Shown piece after piece: positions 31,502 through 35,411 of a DNA stretch of 35,411 bases. Every line of letters begins with the position of its first letter. Within the stretch, counting starts at the first letter, position 1. The translations under genes were made by a program, and so were the position numbers. The notes beneath the pieces are model-generated. The model was given only the letters and a program-made list of their open reading frames with translations. It did no database searches and was not told the origin of the DNA. The stretch is from Rubrobacteraceae bacterium (GTDB lineage Bacteria > Actinomycetota > Rubrobacteria > Rubrobacterales > Rubrobacteraceae), in contig DASTQK010000301.1 of the NCBI GenBank assembly GCA_035761765.1, forward strand, positions 1-35,411, written 5' to 3'.

Positions 31502-32018
31502 CCTGGCCTCCCGCGTCCGCGAGGCGGCGCTGCTCGAGGGCGACTTCGTTCTCTCCAGCGGGAAGCGCAGCAGCTTCTACGTGGACAAGTACCTCTTCTC
31601 CACCGAGCCGGTCCTCCTGCGCGACCTGGCAGACGCCCTCGCGGAGAGGCTCCCCCCCGGCGTCGAGCGCCTGGCGGGCGTCGAGCTCGGTGCCGTCCCC
31701 CTCGTAGTTGCGGCGGCGCTGGTTACGGGGCTGCCCTACGTCATAGTCCGCAAGGCGGCCAAGGAGCACGGCAGCTCCGCCGGGCGGGACGTTGAGGGCA
31801 ACCTCGAGCGGGGTGAGCGGGTCGCCCTCATCGAGGACGTCGTTACCACGGGGACGCAGGCCGTGCGGGCCGCCCGGAGCCTCCAGAGCGCTGGAGCCGA
31901 TGTCGTAACGATAGTAGCGGTGCTCGACCGGCGAGAGGAGCCGGGGGCTCGGCTCGGGGGGGTCTCCTTCCAGGCCCTGCTTAGGATAGAAGATTTACGG
32001 GTAGGGAATAGGCATTGA
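31491..32018 (+). CDS. pyrE: Orotate phosphoribosyltransferase
   Basis: The start is GTG 31491. Blocks GDFVLSSGKRSSFYVDKY and the PRPP motif VALIEDVVTTGTQ are present. Confidence 0.88.
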   Translation: MPPDLASRVREAALLEGDFVLSSGKRSSFYVDKYLFSTEPVLLRDLADALAERLPPGVERLAGVELGAVPLVVAAALVTGLPYVIVRKAAKEHGSSAGRDVEGNLERGERVALIEDVVTTGTQAVRAARSLQSAGADVVTIVAVLDRREEPGARLGGVSFQALLRIEDLRVGNRH

Positions 32019-32043
32019 GGCGCCAACACGTCTCTGGTATATT
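32015..32043 (+). promoter_or_regulatory. Candidate promoter for hup (-35 TTGAGG, 17-nt spacer, extended -10 TGgTATATT)
   Basis: TTGAGG at 32015-32020 overlaps the pyrE stop. TATATT lies at 32038-32043, with TG at 32035-32036. The RBS AAGGGAGG precedes ATG 32099. Confidence 0.45.
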
Positions 32044-32098
32044 CCCTCGGATCATGGGGGGAGAGGAGTGCAAGCGGTAAAGGGAGGTTGAGCAGACG

Positions 32099-32371
32099 AT
32101 GAACAAGACGGAGCTGATCGAGAAGATCGCCGACGAGACCAACGGCTCGAAGAACGAAGCTCAGAAGTTCTTCGAGGCCTTCACCAACGTGGTGGAGTCG
32201 GAGCTCAAGAAGGGCAACCAGGTCCAGATCACCGGCTTCGGAAAGTTCTACGTCCAGCAGCGCGATGCCCGGCAGGGGATAAACCCGCAGACCAAGCAGA
32301 GGATCAACATCCCCGCCTCCAAGGTGCCGAAGTTCACCGCGGGCAACGCACTCAAAGACTCGATCAAGTAG
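32099..32371 (+). CDS. hup: Nucleoid-associated DNA-binding protein HU
   Basis: MNKTELIEKIA...ITGFGKFYVQQRDARQGINPQTKQRINIPASKVPKFTAGNALKD is a canonical HU/IHF fold sequence of 90 aa. Confidence 0.93.
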   Translation: MNKTELIEKIADETNGSKNEAQKFFEAFTNVVESELKKGNQVQITGFGKFYVQQRDARQGINPQTKQRINIPASKVPKFTAGNALKDSIK

Positions 32372-32390
32372 CCTGGAGAGATCCGGTGCG

Positions 32391-32421
32391 TGCCGCGGAG
32401 CCTACTCTCCGCGGCATTTTT
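32391..32421 (+). terminator. Rho-independent terminator of hup
   Basis: 10-bp stem TGCCGCGGAG / CTCCGCGGCA with 6-nt loop CCTACT, followed by TTTTT (32417-32421). Confidence 0.8.
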
Positions 32422-32455
32422 CTGTGTCCTCTTTGTTGACCGAGGGTGTCCCGCG

Positions 32456-33298
32456 GTGCAGGCGCTGGTAGACTCCGCCCGCCGCAAGGAGAGCCCGCTG
32501 GTGGTGGGCCTTGATCCCGTACCCTCTAGGTTGCCGAAGGAACTGCAGCACCTGCCGTCTGCAGAGGCGGTCCAGGTCTTCTGCAGGGGCATACTCGAGG
32601 CCATCGAGCCTAACGCGGCGGCCGTCAAGCTGCAGGCGGCGTTCTTCGAGCGTCTCGGAACTCCCGGGATGGAGGTCTACGGGTCCCTGATATCCGACGC
32701 CGCCTCCCTGGGCCTGCCGACGATAGCTGACGTGAAGCGCGGGGACATAGGACCGGTAGCGGCCGCTTACGCCGAGGCGCACCTCGGCGTCTACGGCGCC
32801 TCCTGCGTCACCGTGAACCCGTTCATGGGGGAGGACGCGGTGATTCCCTTTCTCGAGGTGGCCCGCGGTCTGGGCCGCGGAGGGGGCGTCTTCGTCCTGG
32901 TGGCGACCTCCAACCCCTCGGCCGAGCGCTTTCAGGGAGCGACAGCCCCGCCGCTCTTCGAGGTCGCGGCCCGACTCGTCGCAAAGCTCGGGGGCGGGGC
33001 GGGCGATTACCCCGACGCCGGTGCCGTGGTCGGGGCGACCCGTCCGGAGGTGGGCCGGCGCGTTCGGGGGTTGCTGCCCGAGGCACTCTTCCTCGTACCC
33101 GGCTACGGGGCGCAGGGAGGTGGGGCGGCAGGCATACGCCCGCTGCTCGACAGCTCGGGCGCGGGCGTCCTCGTCAACAGCAGCAGGGCCGTGATCTACG
33201 CCCACGAAACCTCGCAGACGGACTACAGAAAAGCCGCCAGAGAGGCGGCGAAGAACGCAAGAGACGAGTTGCGCTCCGCCGGAGTACGACCGGCGTAG
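32456..33298 (+). CDS. pyrF: Orotidine 5'-phosphate decarboxylase (type 2)
   Basis: GTG 32456 is preceded by GAGGG 9 nt upstream. The in-frame extension to 32390 runs through the hup terminator. Blocks LVVGLDPVPS and ADVKRGDIG are present. Confidence 0.85.
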   Translation: MQALVDSARRKESPLVVGLDPVPSRLPKELQHLPSAEAVQVFCRGILEAIEPNAAAVKLQAAFFERLGTPGMEVYGSLISDAASLGLPTIADVKRGDIGPVAAAYAEAHLGVYGASCVTVNPFMGEDAVIPFLEVARGLGRGGGVFVLVATSNPSAERFQGATAPPLFEVAARLVAKLGGGAGDYPDAGAVVGATRPEVGRRVRGLLPEALFLVPGYGAQGGGAAGIRPLLDSSGAGVLVNSSRAVIYAHETSQTDYRKAAREAAKNARDELRSAGVRPA

Positions 33299-33351
33299 CC
33301 TCTCGGCACGCATCGGCCATATAAAGGCCCTCGACGAGAGCCGCCGAGAAG

Positions 33352-33465
33352 CTAGAAAAGATGCACCAGCGCCAGGACCGTCACCAGCACCGTCGCCGCG
33401 AAGACGACAGCCCCGAACAGTCGTACCATCAGCTCTCGCGTCATCTCGTTCCTTTCCAGGTTCAT
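33352..33465 (-). CDS. Possible small hydrophobic peptide (37 aa from ATG 33465, or 30 aa from ATG 33444)
   Basis: The sequence is MNLERNEMTRELMVRLFGAVVFAATVLVTVLALVHLF, with high GC3 and a single TM helix. GGAAAGGA lies 5 nt before the second ATG. The ORF starts 15 nt downstream of the TlpA-like gene. Confidence 0.3.
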   Translation of the reverse strand: MNLERNEMTRELMVRLFGAVVFAATVLVTVLALVHLF

Positions 33466-33480
33466 CTCATTGCGGTGGGC

Positions 33481-33996
33481 TCACGATGCGTCCGGCAGTA
33501 CCTTTTGCAGGGCATCCTTCAGGTCCTGTTCGCTCCCCTCATAGTATCCGTTCAACACCAGCTTCACCTCGCCGTCCTTGATCAGGAAGAGCCTGGGCAC
33601 CCGCTTGACGTTGTACCGGGAGGTGAGCTTTCCGTTGCCTTCCCGCAGCATTGCGTAGGGGGCGCCGCCTTCCTCCGGGACGCCGTTTATGTAGACGGCC
33701 GCGAAGGATGCCTCGTCGTTGCTGTACTCGTGCGCCAGCTCCGCGAAACCCGGCTTCGCCTTGTTGGAGCTCTCGTTCAGGGTGCTCCAGAACGAGAGCA
33801 CATAGACTCCCTCGTCCGTGAGCGTGAAGCGCTCGCCTTCCGCGGTCCGCGTGGTGAACTCGGGGGCGCGGTCGCCCGGGGCCGGGGCTGGCTGCTCGAG
33901 CGTGAGAGACCCGGTAGCCGTCTCGGCGCTGCCGAAAGAGCGGTAGGTGAACGCGGCGACGAGCACCACGACCGAGACGACGATCAGGCGCTTCAA
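33481..33996 (-). CDS. TlpA/ResA-like thioredoxin-fold lipoprotein/secreted protein without the CxxC active site
   Basis: The start is TTG 33996, followed by an N-terminal signal/anchor. The fold blocks APEFTTRTAEGERFTL, VLSFWSTLNESS (the position of WCxxC) and the cis-Pro block KRVPRLFLIKDG are present. The product contains no Cys. Confidence 0.75.
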   Translation of the reverse strand: MKRLIVVSVVVLVAAFTYRSFGSAETATGSLTLEQPAPAPGDRAPEFTTRTAEGERFTLTDEGVYVLSFWSTLNESSNKAKPGFAELAHEYSNDEASFAAVYINGVPEEGGAPYAMLREGNGKLTSRYNVKRVPRLFLIKDGEVKLVLNGYYEGSEQDLKDALQKVLPDAS

Positions 33997-34063
33997 CGGC
34001 CCTACCTGCGGGAGTTGGAAGTGCGAAACACGACGGGGGCAATTATAGCCGCCGTACCGGCCC

Positions 34064-35254
34064 TTGTCGCGCGCGCATTTCTTGCGTAGCCTCTATGGTC
34101 CCGTGCTGAGGACTTCGTACTACACCGCAATACTACTCGCGCTTGTCCTGACGTTGCAGGGCGTGGCGGCGCCGGGCGCTCTTGCCGAGCCGGGGGTAGG
34201 GGCGCGCTCGTGGGTGCTGACTGACGCCGAGAGTGGCGAGTACCTCGCCGGAGAGAACGCCTCCGAACGGCTCTCGATGGGCTCGACGGACAAGATCATG
34301 GTCGCGCTCGTGGCCTTGAGGCAGATCGAAACAGGCGAGGTTGGCCTCGAAGACGAGGTGACCGTCTCAGAGGACGCCGCAGCCTTCGCCACCCCCCTCT
34401 ACAGCAACGTCGGGCTCTTTGCGGGCGACACCTTGAGCGTCCGGGAGCTGCTTGCGGCGGCATTGGTCCCCTCCGGCAACGACGCCGCTTACGCGCTCGC
34501 CGAGCACCTCGGGGACGGGGACGTAGGCGCCTTCGTCGAGAGGATGAACCGGGAGGCCGAGCTCCTCGGGCTCGGAGACACCCGCTTCCAGAACCCCACG
34601 GGTCTCGACGCCCGCGGCCAGTACTCGAGCGCGCGCGACCTGGCGGCCATGGCGCGGGCGGCCTCCGAGTACCCGCTCTTTCGCGAGCTGGTCTCGACGG
34701 AATACACGACCATAACCACGCAGGATCGGGAGATAGAGCTCGTTAGCACCAACGAGCTGCTCTACATCTACCCGCCCGCCACCGGCGTCAAGACGGGCAC
34801 GACGCCCGGCGCGGGCCCGAGCCTCGTCGCCTCGGCCGCCGCCGAAGACGAGACCTACGTCTCCGTGGTCCTCGACGACGTGGACCGCTTCGCGTCCTCG
34901 GTGCGGCTCCTGGATTATGGCTTCACCGTCTACGACCGCACGGACCTCGTCGTCAGAGGAGAACAGTACGCCAGAGCAGAAGTGCCCTACCGCCGGGGAG
35001 AGATGGTGGGGCTCGTGGCGAAGCGGAACGTAGAGGGTCTCGTAGGCAAGGATCCCGAGGTCAGGCGCGAGACGCGGGTGTTTGAGGATCTGCCCGGCTC
35101 CGCGAAGAAGGGAATGACGCTCGGCGAGGTCCTGGTCGAGGTGGACGGGAAGCAGGTCGGGGAGGCCCCGCTAGTCGCGAGCCGCGGCTACGACGCGGCC
35201 ACGTTGTGGGAGAGGGTGTGGTATACAGCGTCCAGGCCCTTCAAGGAGCCGTAG
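34064..35254 (+). CDS. Serine-type D-Ala-D-Ala carboxypeptidase (PBP5/DacB-like, peptidase S11)
   Basis: The start is TTG 34064 or GTG 34103, followed by a signal peptide ending in ALA-EP. Motifs STDK (SxxK), SGND (SxN) and KTGTT and a C-terminal beta domain are present. Confidence 0.85.
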   Translation: MSRAHFLRSLYGPVLRTSYYTAILLALVLTLQGVAAPGALAEPGVGARSWVLTDAESGEYLAGENASERLSMGSTDKIMVALVALRQIETGEVGLEDEVTVSEDAAAFATPLYSNVGLFAGDTLSVRELLAAALVPSGNDAAYALAEHLGDGDVGAFVERMNREAELLGLGDTRFQNPTGLDARGQYSSARDLAAMARAASEYPLFRELVSTEYTTITTQDREIELVSTNELLYIYPPATGVKTGTTPGAGPSLVASAAAEDETYVSVVLDDVDRFASSVRLLDYGFTVYDRTDLVVRGEQYARAEVPYRRGEMVGLVAKRNVEGLVGKDPEVRRETRVFEDLPGSAKKGMTLGEVLVEVDGKQVGEAPLVASRGYDAATLWERVWYTASRPFKEP

Positions 35255-35411
35255 AGAGCCAGTAAATACGCGGCTTATCTACGCGGCTCTGAGCGTTGAG
35301 GCTGCACGTTCTGACCGTAATCGGCTCTTGTTTGGCGTCGGGATGGACCTATAGGGTCCAACGCTAGATGCTCTGCGGGAAGCTCTAGTTGTCGGGTTGA
35401 TCTCCATAGAT

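Noticed and set aside
35330-35411. A possible tRNA or other structured RNA gene at the right edge, on either strand.
   Set aside because: No cloverleaf can be drawn and no T-loop consensus is present. The hairpins are short (5 bp).
1-35411. I searched for mobile elements, prophage remnants, CRISPR arrays, toxin-antitoxin pairs, restriction-modification or other defence islands.
   Set aside because: I found no transposase, integrase or recombinase motifs, no long terminal inverted or direct repeats, no spaced repeat arrays and no compositional island. The only AT-richer stretches are short promoter regions.

Overview
This is a 35.4-kb high-GC chromosomal segment in which third-codon positions are almost all G/C. 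The gene content, frequent GTG/TTG starts, 1-4 nt start/stop overlaps and a GT81-type glucosyl/mannosyl-3-phosphoglycerate synthase suggest a Rubrobacter-like or other deep-branching actinobacterium; this is inference only. I can support 38 protein-coding regions, one truncated at the left edge and one very small and low-confidence, plus hairpin terminators and -10-type promoter boxes. I see no rRNA or tRNA genes, CRISPR arrays, transposases, integrases, phage genes or recognisable defence or toxin systems. Most of the window is core metabolism and envelope biogenesis: an acyl-CoA/SDR cluster, trmFO, ddl, rdgB, pdhABC, an EF-G paralogue, surE, PBP1A, IMPase-sigA, murE, pyrE-hup-pyrF and a D,D-carboxypeptidase. 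I did not find a clear-cut novel multi-gene system. The most unusual items are: (1) a three-gene, split-beta cobalt nitrile hydratase with no activator gene, chained to gpgS by a 2-nt spacer; (2) a ring-hydroxylating oxygenase alpha subunit with the Rieske domain cleanly missing; (3) an unrecognisable 195-aa protein chained to an aminotransferase and ddl; (4) several family members lacking their canonical active-site or ligand residues. Group (4) comprises an EF-G paralogue without the catalytic His, a CsoR/RcnR-family protein with no Cys/His ligands, a TlpA-like fold without CxxC, a SufS-like PLP enzyme without the catalytic Cys, and a MurE without DNPR. All functional calls rest on motif recognition by eye; no database search was run.
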